Assembly: GCA_964494105.1 (NCBI GenBank) | Contig: CAZBQI010000004.1 | Location: forward strand, 15,810 to 79,809 | Reading direction: 5' to 3' | DNA: 64,000 nucleotides | Source of the DNA: an uncultured Candidatus Saccharibacteria bacterium | Lineage (GTDB): Bacteria; Patescibacteriota; Saccharimonadia; CAZBQI01 | Part shown: piece by piece, positions 1 to 9,514 of the stretch | Layout of the letters: each line of letters opens with the position of its first letter | Numbering within the stretch: the first letter of the stretch is position 1 | Program-made: the position numbers and the translations under genes | The notes under the pieces: generated by a model | Databases searched by the model: none | The model's input: only the letters and a program-made list of their open reading frames with translations | What the model was told of the DNA's origin: nothing

Positions 1-1
1 A

Positions 2-493
2 GCTGACGGCAACCCATATATTGGTGTGCTGTACGGAGGATTATTTATTACTAAGGATGGACCAAAAGTTATTGAATATAATGCTCGCTTTGGCGACCCC
101 GAGTGCCAGCCCATGATGCAAATGGTAGATGAAGACTTTTACGAATTACTAATGCAATCTGCCGAAGGCAAGCTTAAAACGAACCAGCTAAAGACTAAAC
201 CCGGTGCTAGCGTGACAATATGTTTAGCTTCTGGTGGCTACCCGGGCTCTTACGAAAAAGGAAAAGTCATTAAAGGCTTAGATGAAGTTAACGATCCCGA
301 CGTCGTAGTTTTCCATGCTGGTACAAATAGGGAGGGCAGTGAGTTTGTAACCAATGGCGGTCGAGTACTGAATGTTACTGCTTATGGATCGGACTTAAAT
401 AGCGCTGTGGACAAAGCATATAAATCAGTCAAGAAAATATCATTCGAAGGTATGCAATACCGCACCGATATTGCTACTAAAGCTTTGGCATAG
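2..493 (+). CDS. purD: Phosphoribosylamine--glycine ligase, C-terminal part (5' truncated by window)
   Basis: Motifs PKVIEYNARFGDPE, ASGGYPGSY, VFHAGT, TNGGRVL and MQYRTDIA; frame open from the window start. Confidence 0.95.
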   Translation, partial: ADGNPYIGVLYGGLFITKDGPKVIEYNARFGDPECQPMMQMVDEDFYELLMQSAEGKLKTNQLKTKPGASVTICLASGGYPGSYEKGKVIKGLDEVNDPDVVVFHAGTNREGSEFVTNGGRVLNVTAYGSDLNSAVDKAYKSVKKISFEGMQYRTDIATKALA

Positions 494-531
494 TTTCCGC
501 GCGAGACTATAATGTAAGCCATAGAGACAAT

Positions 532-2052
532 ATGAATAATTTAACTGGCTCTATGCCGGTGTTAAATAATAATCTAGATTCACCTGCCACCCTCCGCCGG
601 CTGGCTAAGAACTTACTAAAAGGGCGGGACTTATTTGTAGTATCAAATCGCGAACCGTATATACATAACGGTCTAGATTCGAGCGGTCGACCAAAGGTAA
701 TACAGCCAGCCAGTGGTCTAGTAAGTGCATTAAACCCCATATTGCAGGCAAGCCAAGGCACCTGGATTGCACATGGTAGCGGATCCTTAGATTCACGGTT
801 TGTGGATAGCCACAATAAGCTAGAAGTACCAGTGGGACATCCACATTATACCCTCAAGCGGGTATGGCTTAGTAAGCGCCAACTCAAAGGTTATTACACC
901 GGTTTTGCTAACCAAGGGTTGTGGCCCTTGTGTCACGATACAGCAGTCAAGCCGGTTTTTACGGCTACTGATTGGAAGTATTATCGCCAAGCAAATAAGC
1001 TCTTTTGCCAAGCGGTGACCGCGGAAATAACCTCCTTGGCGCCAGTTATTTTTATACAAGATTATCATTTGGCGCTCTTGCCAAAGCTAATTAGAGCCAA
1101 GCACAAAACGGCAACTATAGAATTATTTTGGCACGTGCCTTGGGCTTCACTTGAAAAGTTTAAACAATGCAAATATGGGTCTCAGCTCTTACGCGGCCTT
1201 TTAGCTTGCGACGTAGTGGCTTTTCATCTGGCTGAGTATAGTCAAGATTTCATGCTTGCTGTGAGCGAAATAGTTGGTTGTAAGGTCGATAAAAAGCGGG
1301 GTGTTGTAAGTTTCAATGGGCACGATACTTATGTAAGGGCATATCCAATTGGTGTTGATTCGCAGTCGTTCAGCACTCATAGCCGGCATATTGCTGCCCG
1401 AGCAACAAGTTTGCGTACAAAGTTAAACTTACAAAATATCAAAGTTGCTGTTAGTCTTGAGCGCGCCGATTATATTAAGGGCATAACCGAGCGGCTAGAA
1501 GCAATAGATTGGTTTTTAGCTCATTACCCTGCTTACCACAAAAAATTTGTTTTGTTTCAGGTAATAGCACCTAGCCGTATCGACATTCCAATTTACCGGC
1601 AACTTTATCAAGACATCAGTATTCGCATTGATGCTATTAATGCCAGGTACTCATCAGGTAGTTGGCAACCAGTAATATATGACAAACAGTCACAGCCACA
1701 TAGCGTGGCGAAAGCAATTCTGGCGATGGCAGACATTTGCATTGTTAGCTCACTGCACGACGGGATGAACCTAGTTGCCAAAGAGTTTGTTGCGACCAGG
1801 TTTAACAATAAGGGGGTACTCTTGCTTAGTCGCCATGCCGGGGCGTCCAAGGATTTGCCTTCGGCGGTAATGATTAATCCGCGAAACAAAATTGCCTTTG
1901 CTAAAAGCATAAAGGCCGCAGTTGATATGCCCATGGCCGAGCAACAACGCCGAATGAGACCAATGCGCAAACAGGTAGCCGAGAACAATATTTATACCTG
2001 GATTAGTACTATTCTTAGCGAACTAATAGCTATCGAAAAGGAAAGACAATGA
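532..2052 (+). CDS. otsA: Trehalose-6-phosphate synthase (GT20)
   Basis: VVSNREP, YYTGFANQGLWPLCH, QDYHLALLP, ERADYIKG and DGMNLVAKEFVA motifs. Confidence 0.93.
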   Translation: MNNLTGSMPVLNNNLDSPATLRRLAKNLLKGRDLFVVSNREPYIHNGLDSSGRPKVIQPASGLVSALNPILQASQGTWIAHGSGSLDSRFVDSHNKLEVPVGHPHYTLKRVWLSKRQLKGYYTGFANQGLWPLCHDTAVKPVFTATDWKYYRQANKLFCQAVTAEITSLAPVIFIQDYHLALLPKLIRAKHKTATIELFWHVPWASLEKFKQCKYGSQLLRGLLACDVVAFHLAEYSQDFMLAVSEIVGCKVDKKRGVVSFNGHDTYVRAYPIGVDSQSFSTHSRHIAARATSLRTKLNLQNIKVAVSLERADYIKGITERLEAIDWFLAHYPAYHKKFVLFQVIAPSRIDIPIYRQLYQDISIRIDAINARYSSGSWQPVIYDKQSQPHSVAKAILAMADICIVSSLHDGMNLVAKEFVATRFNNKGVLLLSRHAGASKDLPSAVMINPRNKIAFAKSIKAAVDMPMAEQQRRMRPMRKQVAENNIYTWISTILSELIAIEKERQ

Positions 2053-2846
2053 AACATTTGACAGATGATTTGATTGATAAGCTGGTCACAGAAATTCATC
2101 GTAAGCATATTTATTTGTTTTTAGATTATGACGGGACTCTAACACGAATTGTTGCCCAACCCAGCCAGGCGCATTTATCTAAACCTGTTGAGTTAACATT
2201 GCAAAAACTGGCCCAACAAAATAACTGCACCCTGGTAATTGCCAGCGGGCGGGAGTTGAACGATATTAAGCGTCGCGTAGGCATTGCCGGAGTTATTTTG
2301 GTTGGCAATCATGGCCTAGAAATCGCTGGGAGGGGAATTAATTATCCGACTCGGGTGAGCAAAGACTACCTTAAGACTGTAGCCAGCATATATTCAGAGC
2401 TTAAAAAAGAGTTCTACAACAGCAGCGGTGTAATTGTGGAGAATAAAAAGTACACACTATCTGTGCATTATCGTATGGTGGACGCCGAAAACGTTAATCT
2501 GGTTCGCTCGAGGGTTAAGAATATCCTAGCTCCTTACGCGGAGTCGGGGATGGTAGTACTTAGGCGCGGTAAGAAGGTTCTAGAGATACGGCCACCGGGT
2601 GAAATTGATAAAGGCTGGGCCGTTCATTGGCTATTGGCGCACGCGACGCCAAAGTATAGAAAAAGCAGTGGAGTGATAATCTATATCGGTGATGACAGCA
2701 CTGATGAAGATGCATTTAAGGCGCTCAAGGGCAAGGGTTGGGCCGTACGAGTAGGTAATACAAACAAACATACAAATGCTGAATATTATGTAAGCAACAC
2801 CAAAGCAGTACACAAACTGCTGGAATCAATATATGGCGTAGTTTAG
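2049..2846 (+). CDS. otsB: Trehalose-6-phosphate phosphatase (HAD)
   Basis: FLDYDGTL, GNHGLE, HYR and IGDDSTDEDAF; ATGA overlap with otsA. Confidence 0.93.
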   Translation: MKHLTDDLIDKLVTEIHRKHIYLFLDYDGTLTRIVAQPSQAHLSKPVELTLQKLAQQNNCTLVIASGRELNDIKRRVGIAGVILVGNHGLEIAGRGINYPTRVSKDYLKTVASIYSELKKEFYNSSGVIVENKKYTLSVHYRMVDAENVNLVRSRVKNILAPYAESGMVVLRRGKKVLEIRPPGEIDKGWAVHWLLAHATPKYRKSSGVIIYIGDDSTDEDAFKALKGKGWAVRVGNTNKHTNAEYYVSNTKAVHKLLESIYGVV

Positions 2847-2946
2847 CTATACCGATCCAACAGTTCGTATGGCTTTGCAACTGCCACATCGAGATTGTTG
2901 CCCAAGCGCCATAACTTATACCGGCACAAAACATCAGCCACTAATG

Positions 2947-2965
2947 GTGTGTCATAATGACACAC
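2947..2965. promoter_or_regulatory. Perfect 19-bp palindrome overlapping a CATAAT -10 box; candidate operator
   Basis: GTGTGTCAT-A-ATGACACAC ends 1 nt before ATG 2967. Confidence 0.5.
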
Positions 2966-2966
2966 A

Positions 2967-4046
2967 ATGAATGTGCAAATTAATAGCCCGGCATTTTTTA
3001 TTGGCCGCGAGGGAAGCGACTTAATCTCTTTCGGCTCGGGCCAGCCCGATTTGCCACCGCCCACCGAAATATTTGAACACATCAACCGGCGCCGTTTGTT
3101 TAAGTATGGCCTAATTCAGGGCGAAGCAAACTTACGCCAGGCTCTGGCCAAAGACTACCCCAAAGCCTCGGTCGATGATTTTGTTATCACCAATGGCGCT
3201 AGTGAGGCGCTTGATTTAGTCTTTCGTGCACTGTATAAGAAATTTGGCTCAGTAAAAGTATTACTTGGCCAGCCTTACTACTATTCTTACCCAGAAATCA
3301 TTCAAGCTAGCGGCCACCAACCTGTTTATACCAAACTCATCAATGGGAGAATCGACGTTAACGATTTAAAGCGCAAAGTTAAATCAGCCAAAGTGGTGCT
3401 AATTAATTCACCCTCAAACCCGACTGGTCGTGTCGAGTCCTTGAGTACACTACATTTAATCGAAGAGCTGACACACAAGTATGGTGCATACATAGTTTCC
3501 GATGAAGTGTACAAAGACTTAATTTATGTACGGTCAAATTACAATGTTAAGGGCAAAAACGTCATTACAATCAACTCATTCTCAAAAACCTACTCTATGT
3601 GCGGACTACGCATTGGCTACTTATATGCTCGTGACTCCGAAATCGTTGCAGGAGTGATTAACCTCAAAACGCACACCTCGATGAATACCAATGTCTTAGG
3701 TCAGCAAATGGCAATCAAGGCACTAGCAGTGCCACCTGCATATATAGCCAAGCAAACAAACATATGGCTTGAGCGCAGAGATTTTATTTATGAAGAGCTA
3801 AGAGCCATGGGATTTAGCTTATGGAAACCAGAAGGAGCCTTCTATGTGTTACCGAGAATTAAAAACGCCAGCCGGGTGGTAAATGATTTGTACTACGACT
3901 ACAAGGTCATTGTTTACGATGGGGCTTGGTTTGGGGAGCCAGATCGCATTCGGCTATCTTATGCACTGGACATCAATAAAATCAAAGAAGGTTTAGCTAG
4001 AATTCAAAACTACATAAGCGACAAACAGGATTGGTTAATTAGCTAA
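2967..4046 (+). CDS. PLP-dependent aminotransferase class I/II
   Basis: NSPSNPTG, SDEVY, SFSKTYSMCGLRIG (PLP lysine) and PEGAFY. Confidence 0.9.
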   Translation: MNVQINSPAFFIGREGSDLISFGSGQPDLPPPTEIFEHINRRRLFKYGLIQGEANLRQALAKDYPKASVDDFVITNGASEALDLVFRALYKKFGSVKVLLGQPYYYSYPEIIQASGHQPVYTKLINGRIDVNDLKRKVKSAKVVLINSPSNPTGRVESLSTLHLIEELTHKYGAYIVSDEVYKDLIYVRSNYNVKGKNVITINSFSKTYSMCGLRIGYLYARDSEIVAGVINLKTHTSMNTNVLGQQMAIKALAVPPAYIAKQTNIWLERRDFIYEELRAMGFSLWKPEGAFYVLPRIKNASRVVNDLYYDYKVIVYDGAWFGEPDRIRLSYALDINKIKEGLARIQNYISDKQDWLIS

Positions 4047-4079
4047 AAAAACCGCCACCACTTTGGTGACGATCTTTCA

Positions 4080-4157
4080 TGGCGGGCCCGACCGGATTCG
4101 AACCGGCGATCTCCTCCGTGACAGGGAGGCGTGATAGGCCAACTTCACTACGAGCCC
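4080..4157 (-). tRNA. tRNA-Asp(GTC)
   Basis: Reverse complement GGGCTCGTAGTGAAG...CCTCCCT-GTC-ACGGAGG...GGTTCGAATCC...GCCA forms a cloverleaf. Confidence 0.95.
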
Positions 4158-4213
4158 TCGTAGCTACTAGCTGTTCTAGTATAATGTATCTAGTATTGAG
4201 TATAAAGCATTGT

Positions 4214-4289
4214 GCCGATGTAGCTCAGTTGGTAGAGCGACACTTTCGTAAAGTGTAGGTCAGCGGTTCGATCCCGCTCATCGGCTCCA
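4214..4289 (+). tRNA. tRNA-Thr(CGT)
   Basis: GCCGATGTAGCTCAGTTGGTAGAGC; anticodon arm ACACT-TT-CGT-AA-AGTGT; GGTTCGATCCC; CCA end. Confidence 0.95.
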
Positions 4290-4363
4290 GCGAGATTAGT
4301 ACAGTGGCAGTACATCTGCTTCCCAAGCAGAGGATACGGGTTCGATTCCCGTATCTCGCACCA
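4290..4363 (+). tRNA. tRNA-Gly(CCC)
   Basis: GCGAGAT/ATCTCGC acceptor stem; TCTGC-TT-CCC-AA-GCAGA; starts at the base immediately after the tRNA-Thr CCA. Confidence 0.93.
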
Positions 4364-4413
4364 GCAAGTCGATGTATAATAGAGTAAATTATCAGAGATT
4401 ATAGTGGGAGCTC

Positions 4414-4851
4414 ATGGCCAAGAAGAAAAAAGTTAAGAATTCTCAAAAAGCCAAGAAATCAAAGCTGACTTCAAGGCAGTTGCAAAAACGGATTGATCAT
4501 TTTCGCTCACATAGGATATTTAAAGATAAACTTTTTGCCCTGTTTATCGTTGTAAGCTTTGTCTTAATGATTGCGATTATATCTACTCTAGTATTTAATA
4601 TTCGGCCGAAATCTGTCGTTGTGCCACTTCGCTATTCCACATTACAGGGGTTTGACGCTCTTGGTGGCTGGTATCGCTTGTATGTGTACGGCCTCTTCAG
4701 TCTAATCGTAACCATCGGAAATACCTTGTTGGCTACATTGCTTTACCAAAAAAGCAGAATTGCCAGCTTCTTTCTGGTAATTGGAACGCTAGTAGTGAAC
4801 TCCTTTACTCTGGTAATAATACTTAGCTTGTTTGCCCAGCTCGATATCTAG
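4414..4851 (+). CDS. Hypothetical membrane protein (basic N-terminus, ~3 TM segments)
   Basis: ORF with GGGAG RBS and hydrophobic segments; abuts the GT2 gene. Confidence 0.75.
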   Translation: MAKKKKVKNSQKAKKSKLTSRQLQKRIDHFRSHRIFKDKLFALFIVVSFVLMIAIISTLVFNIRPKSVVVPLRYSTLQGFDALGGWYRLYVYGLFSLIVTIGNTLLATLLYQKSRIASFFLVIGTLVVNSFTLVIILSLFAQLDI

Positions 4852-6489
4852 ATGACGAAAACGATTGATTTAGAAATTGATAACTCCACCGCAGTTGCAA
4901 GGGCATTTGAAATAATCCCTGGCGCAGCTGCTTGGTTGTTTTTAGTGTCGCCGATTTTCTTAAGCTTGGTTGAGCCGGTTTGGGTTGCTTATGTAATTAT
5001 TGCCTACGATTTGCTTTGGCTTAGCAAGTCTTTTGGACTTAGCTATCGACTGATTTGGGGGTATCGAAGGCTTAAGCAAACCACAGCCATTAATTGGAAT
5101 CATCGCTTAGACGACTTAAACAACCCGCAAGTAGCTATCGAGCGCATTGACAGGCGGTTGCAGAACGGACGAATTCCCCGCGCAACGGCACAGTCTCTTA
5201 GTAAATATCAACAACAACTAAAGCAGATAGTTGATAGTAAGGTCGATCTTATTCAGCCGAGCGATTTAATTCACGTGGTAATTGTGGCCCTTTACAACGA
5301 AGGTCTCGACATTTTGGAACCAACAATCAAGAGCCTTATAAAATCAAACTACGATCCACAAAAAATCTGGGTATTCGTGGCTTACGAAGAACGCGGTGGG
5401 AGTGACACCGAGAAGAATGCAAATTATTTAATCAAGGAATATGGCGACAAGTTCGGACATGCTCAAGCAGTCAAGCACCCGGGTGATACTAAGGGCGAAA
5501 TTAAAGGCAAGGGAAGCAATATTACTTTTACGGGGCGTAGAATTGCCGCTATTGTCAGGCAGCGAAAACTAAAGCCTGAAAACTTTATCGTTACTACGCT
5601 AGATAGTGACAACCGTCCACATCAAAATTACTTTGCATATTTGAGTTTTGTTTATGCCACTACCGCCGATAGGATTATGAATTCTTATCAACCGGTACCA
5701 ATGTTTTATAACAATATATGGGACGTGCCGGCACCCATGCGCATAATTGCTAGTAGTAATACCTTCTGGATGATAATGGAAATGATGCGCCCGCATCGAT
5801 TGCGTAACTTTTCATCTCATGCCCAGAGTTTGCAAACCCTAATCGATACTGACTTTTGGAGTACAAGAACAATTGTCGAGGATGGTCACCAGTATTGGAG
5901 AACTTACTATCGTTATAATGGCAATCACAAGGTTATCCCGCTGTATATGCCGGTTTATCAAGATGCCGTTTTGGCGAAAGGCTATATCCGAACCTTTAAA
6001 GCTCAATTTATTCAGCTAAGGCGGTGGGCTTGGGGTGTGTCGGATGTGCAATACGTCTGGCAACAAAACCGCAAACACAAAGACATTAAATGGTTGGATA
6101 AAAATATTAAGTTTCTTCGGCTATTTGAAGGCCACTTTAGTTGGGCAACAGCCCCATTAATTCTCATGTTTGCCGCCTGGTTACCGCTATTATTAAATCC
6201 GAACTTTAGCGACCAAGTGCTGGCTCACCAGCTACCGGTCATAGCTAGTCGCATCCAGTTAATCGCTATGTTTGGAGTAATCATTACCATCCTAATTAGT
6301 TTAATTTCGTTGCCACCTCGGCCCAAGCACTATAAGCCACATCGTTCACTATTTATGATTGTCCAATGGTTTCTATTGCCGATAACCAGCATTTTGTTTA
6401 CTTCGTTTGCTGCCTTAAACGCTCAAACTCGCTTAATGCTTGGCCGCTATCTAGAGGAATTTGATGTTACAGAAAAGGCTGTAAAGTAA
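4852..6489 (+). CDS. Membrane-bound processive GT2 glycosyltransferase
   Basis: DSD (DxD), IVED and QLRRW (QxxRW) motifs; N- and C-terminal TM segments. Confidence 0.85.
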   Translation: MTKTIDLEIDNSTAVARAFEIIPGAAAWLFLVSPIFLSLVEPVWVAYVIIAYDLLWLSKSFGLSYRLIWGYRRLKQTTAINWNHRLDDLNNPQVAIERIDRRLQNGRIPRATAQSLSKYQQQLKQIVDSKVDLIQPSDLIHVVIVALYNEGLDILEPTIKSLIKSNYDPQKIWVFVAYEERGGSDTEKNANYLIKEYGDKFGHAQAVKHPGDTKGEIKGKGSNITFTGRRIAAIVRQRKLKPENFIVTTLDSDNRPHQNYFAYLSFVYATTADRIMNSYQPVPMFYNNIWDVPAPMRIIASSNTFWMIMEMMRPHRLRNFSSHAQSLQTLIDTDFWSTRTIVEDGHQYWRTYYRYNGNHKVIPLYMPVYQDAVLAKGYIRTFKAQFIQLRRWAWGVSDVQYVWQQNRKHKDIKWLDKNIKFLRLFEGHFSWATAPLILMFAAWLPLLLNPNFSDQVLAHQLPVIASRIQLIAMFGVIITILISLISLPPRPKHYKPHRSLFMIVQWFLLPITSILFTSFAALNAQTRLMLGRYLEEFDVTEKAVK

Positions 6490-6494
6490 TACCA

Positions 6495-7544
6495 ATGGAA
6501 TACATTACAGCCTTGGCTCTGGCTGCAGGGATTAGTTTTATTCTCACGCCGGTCGTAAGGGCCTATGCGATCCGTAATGGTGCAGTCGACAGACCGGATG
6601 CTCGCAAGGTTCACCGCTTACCCTTACCTAGGATCGGTGGTATCGGTATAACAGTCGCCTTTGTTGTAACGTTTCTTATCTATTTTGACCTTAATCGACA
6701 GTTCTACGGCCTATTAGGTGCGTTACTTGTGCTATTTATAGTCGGTTTAATCGATGACTTGCGAGAGCTTAGTGCCTGGCAGAAACTAGTCGCCCAAATA
6801 ATATCTGCTTGTATTGCGCTCGCCGGTGGTCTAGGCATTGTTTATCTGGCAATTCCATTTGGTGGTACGATTGCGCTTGATGGTTGGCGCATACCAGTCG
6901 AGCTTGGCATGATATCGTTCAATTTACTGCCCATAGCGAACCTCGTTAGCATTATTTGGATCGTTGGGATGATTAATACTGTAAATTTCCTTGATGGCTT
7001 AGATGGATTGGCAGCCGGCGTAGCCAGCATTGGAGCATTTGTGCTATTTATCAGTGCGCTATTGCCACACATCAATAACCCGGCAGTGGCGCTTTTAGCA
7101 ATAATTTTACTTGGCTCGTTGCTAGGCTTTTTGCCCCATAATTTTTATCCATCATCAATTTTTATGGGTGACAGTGGTGCCTATGTAATCGGACTATTGC
7201 TGGCCTTGCTGTCGATTTATTCAAGTTCAAAAATCGCTGTTGGGGCAATTGTCTTCGGCATCGCCATTCTCGACGCACTTTGGACAGTACTTCGGCGGAT
7301 TGCTAGCAAGAAATCACCTTTTATGGCAGATAGGGAGCATCTGCATCACCGCTTGTTAGATTCAGGCCTACTATCCCACAGAGAGGTTGTATTAGTGCTA
7401 TATCTACTAACCTTATTGGTTGCATTTGCCGTACTGTACACCAGTGTCTTAATAGCCTCTGTGTTTGTGATTGCGTCGGTTGTTGCGACAATCATGGTAT
7501 TGCGAATAAAAGCCGGTTCACGTAATAAAAGACCGAAAGAATGA
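6495..7544 (+). CDS. WecA/TagO-like polyprenyl-phosphate GlcNAc-1-phosphate transferase (MraY superfamily)
   Basis: PRIGG, GLIDD, NTVNFLDGLDGLA, IFMGDSGA and DREHLHHRL. Confidence 0.9.
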   Translation: MEYITALALAAGISFILTPVVRAYAIRNGAVDRPDARKVHRLPLPRIGGIGITVAFVVTFLIYFDLNRQFYGLLGALLVLFIVGLIDDLRELSAWQKLVAQIISACIALAGGLGIVYLAIPFGGTIALDGWRIPVELGMISFNLLPIANLVSIIWIVGMINTVNFLDGLDGLAAGVASIGAFVLFISALLPHINNPAVALLAIILLGSLLGFLPHNFYPSSIFMGDSGAYVIGLLLALLSIYSSSKIAVGAIVFGIAILDALWTVLRRIASKKSPFMADREHLHHRLLDSGLLSHREVVLVLYLLTLLVAFAVLYTSVLIASVFVIASVVATIMVLRIKAGSRNKRPKE

Positions 7545-7617
7545 TTGTCTACAGAGGCGGAGCCTGTTATAATAATTCCCTAACGTGTTAAGGAAAGCAA
7601 AGGAACCGGCAGTATAA

Positions 7618-8340
7618 ATGCAAAGTATCACTCTTAAATCTAAAGAACGAAAAGTTCGCGGTAAGAAAAACTCAGCTCTTCGAGCTCAGGGCTCTGTGCC
7701 CGGCGTTGTCTATGGCCAAGGAAAGACCACCGCAATTATAGATGTAGACAATAAGGAATTAGACAAAATATATCATGAGGCGGGTACAAGTCGACTTATC
7801 GAGCTGGTTGTCGACGATAAACCTCCAGTCAATGTTCTGTTTCATGACGTTCAGGTAAATCCGCTATCTCAGCAAATAACGCACTTTGATCTTTATACAG
7901 TTAAAATGGACGAGAAAATTAAAACAGAGGTGCCACTCCAGTTTACCGGTGAAGCACCGGCAGTCCATTCACTGAATGCGATATTAGTTAAGAATCTAGA
8001 AGAAATTGAAATCGAAACGCTTCCAGGGAATTTGCCCGAAAAAATCGAAGTCAATCTAGATTCATTAGTAGAAATAGGTCAATCAATTGCCGTCGGAGAC
8101 TTAAAAATGCCTGAAGGTGTCTCATTGGTAACGGATGCCGAAGAGATGATTGTCAAAACCGATCCGCCTCGTACCGAAGAGGAGCTTGAACAGCTAGACG
8201 AAGTAGTCGAAGAGGGAGCAGAGGCAGAAGTAGAATCAGAGCACGGTAGCGCCGACAACGATACAGAAGCGGGTAAAGACGATAGCAAAGGCGACGACAA
8301 GAACGAATCCGACTCAGTTAAGCCAGAAAAATCCGACTAG
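7618..8340 (+). CDS. rplY: 50S ribosomal protein L25/Ctc with acidic tail
   Basis: LRAQGSVPGVVYG and ITHFDLY; Ctc C-terminal domain. Confidence 0.93.
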   Translation: MQSITLKSKERKVRGKKNSALRAQGSVPGVVYGQGKTTAIIDVDNKELDKIYHEAGTSRLIELVVDDKPPVNVLFHDVQVNPLSQQITHFDLYTVKMDEKIKTEVPLQFTGEAPAVHSLNAILVKNLEEIEIETLPGNLPEKIEVNLDSLVEIGQSIAVGDLKMPEGVSLVTDAEEMIVKTDPPRTEEELEQLDEVVEEGAEAEVESEHGSADNDTEAGKDDSKGDDKNESDSVKPEKSD

Positions 8341-8361
8341 TCTGCTAGTCTAGAGTTGTTT

Positions 8362-8805
8362 CTAAAGGTTACTCAGGAGCTTTTTTAGATCAGATTTACT
8401 TTGAATCTTTGTCTGTTGACCGATATAGGCTAGCCACAACGAAAGGTCATACCGAGCCAAGGTAGAATTAACTGCTTGACTGAGCTGACTAATATAAATG
8501 CTAGCTTGTCCTAGCCTGATTAGCTTACTCTCAATTGTGTCTACTAGGGCGTCTAGTTGGTCTAATTTTTGTTTATCGCCATTCATAACAGACGTAATGC
8601 TGTTATACAGCCTAGTACGACTGTAGGTTTCGTGCCGATTCATCTCCTTGATGATCTTTAAATACTGCATATCAATTCTTTCGTAGGTGCTAAAGGTCTT
8701 TTTGCAGCTTAAGCAACGTCGTCGCCGCCATATTTGAGTGTATTCACGGGTTGGTCGTGAGTTGTACACCGCTAAATTATCCGAATTACAAAAAGGACAA
8801 TACAT
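8362..8805 (-). CDS. nrdR: Transcriptional repressor NrdR
   Basis: MYCPFC...SR...RRRRCLSCKKTFSTYE zinc ribbon; ATP cone divergent. Confidence 0.88.
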   Translation of the reverse strand: MYCPFCNSDNLAVYNSRPTREYTQIWRRRRCLSCKKTFSTYERIDMQYLKIIKEMNRHETYSRTRLYNSITSVMNGDKQKLDQLDALVDTIESKLIRLGQASIYISQLSQAVNSTLARYDLSLWLAYIGQQTKIQSKSDLKKLLSNL

Positions 8806-8820
8806 GACTATATGTTGTCA
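8805..8820. promoter_or_regulatory. Probable NrdR box overlapping the nrdR start
   Basis: TGACTATATGTTGTCA matches the core of the NrdR-box consensus acaCwAtATaTwGtgt. Confidence 0.65.
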
Positions 8821-8883
8821 TACTGCTGTAAAAATTGCCAGTGGATAACTAATCGCCGTTGGGGGAAAACTCGAGTAATGTGA

Positions 8884-9018
8884 TTAGCGATTAGCAAGTA
8901 TACTAAAGCTGATGGTTCTACTCTGTTGCTTGGACTTTTTCTGCTTATTCTGCTTTTTGGTGCTGGTTTTTAGCGGTATAGGCTCGTATGAGAGCGGGTA
9001 TTTAGTTAGTTTATTCAT
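8884..9018 (-). CDS. Putative 44-aa basic small protein (not in the ORF track)
   Basis: MNKLTKYPLSYEPIPLKTSTKKQNKQKKSKQQSRTISFSILANR; GAGG RBS and an upstream TATAAT. Confidence 0.4.
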   Translation of the reverse strand: MNKLTKYPLSYEPIPLKTSTKKQNKQKKSKQQSRTISFSILANR

Positions 9019-9098
9019 TTGAGACTGCCTCTATTGGCTTTCAAAAAGCTATTTAACGGTGCAATTATATGAATATTTAGCTTTTTCATTGTCATGCC

Positions 9099-9446
9099 TT
9101 AGTTTTGAAATGCTTTACTGAGAAGTAGCAGAGGGCTGCCGAGCAAGATGGCAAACAATCCGACCTCCAGGGCTAAGCCAAAATTCATTAATGATACTGC
9201 CAGGTCGGTAGTTGCATGGTAACGAGTACTGCTGTTCGTTTGATGCGTCTCAGTTTCACCACTAGCCGAAACTTCCTCCAGGTTGCCATAAATAGAGCCT
9301 ATTTGGACGATAGCTTGTTCTGCCTGGACATTTAGCTGGCTGTTAGCCAGTCGATTGTAAATGTAGTTTCCGCTAATGAGCATTAGAGTTAGTACTAAAC
9401 CTATAAATAGAAGTCGTTTCACACAATTCTTTCTTAAATGTAACAC
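9099..9446 (-). CDS. Hypothetical protein with two hydrophobic segments (start uncertain)
   Basis: ORF track; N- and C-terminal TM-like stretches. Confidence 0.55.
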   Translation of the reverse strand: MLHLRKNCVKRLLFIGLVLTLMLISGNYIYNRLANSQLNVQAEQAIVQIGSIYGNLEEVSASGETETHQTNSSTRYHATTDLAVSLMNFGLALEVGLFAILLGSPLLLLSKAFQN

Positions 9447-9514
9447 TATTGCATGTCCAAACTACAGATGCAAGCATAAGCAAATACCCCTTATTTATGA
9501 TAGTAAGAAGATAT

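Noticed and set aside
8841-8870. DnaA-box-like words (GTGGATAAC) suggesting oriC
   Set aside because: Only one or two imperfect boxes are present, with no cluster and no dnaA nearby.
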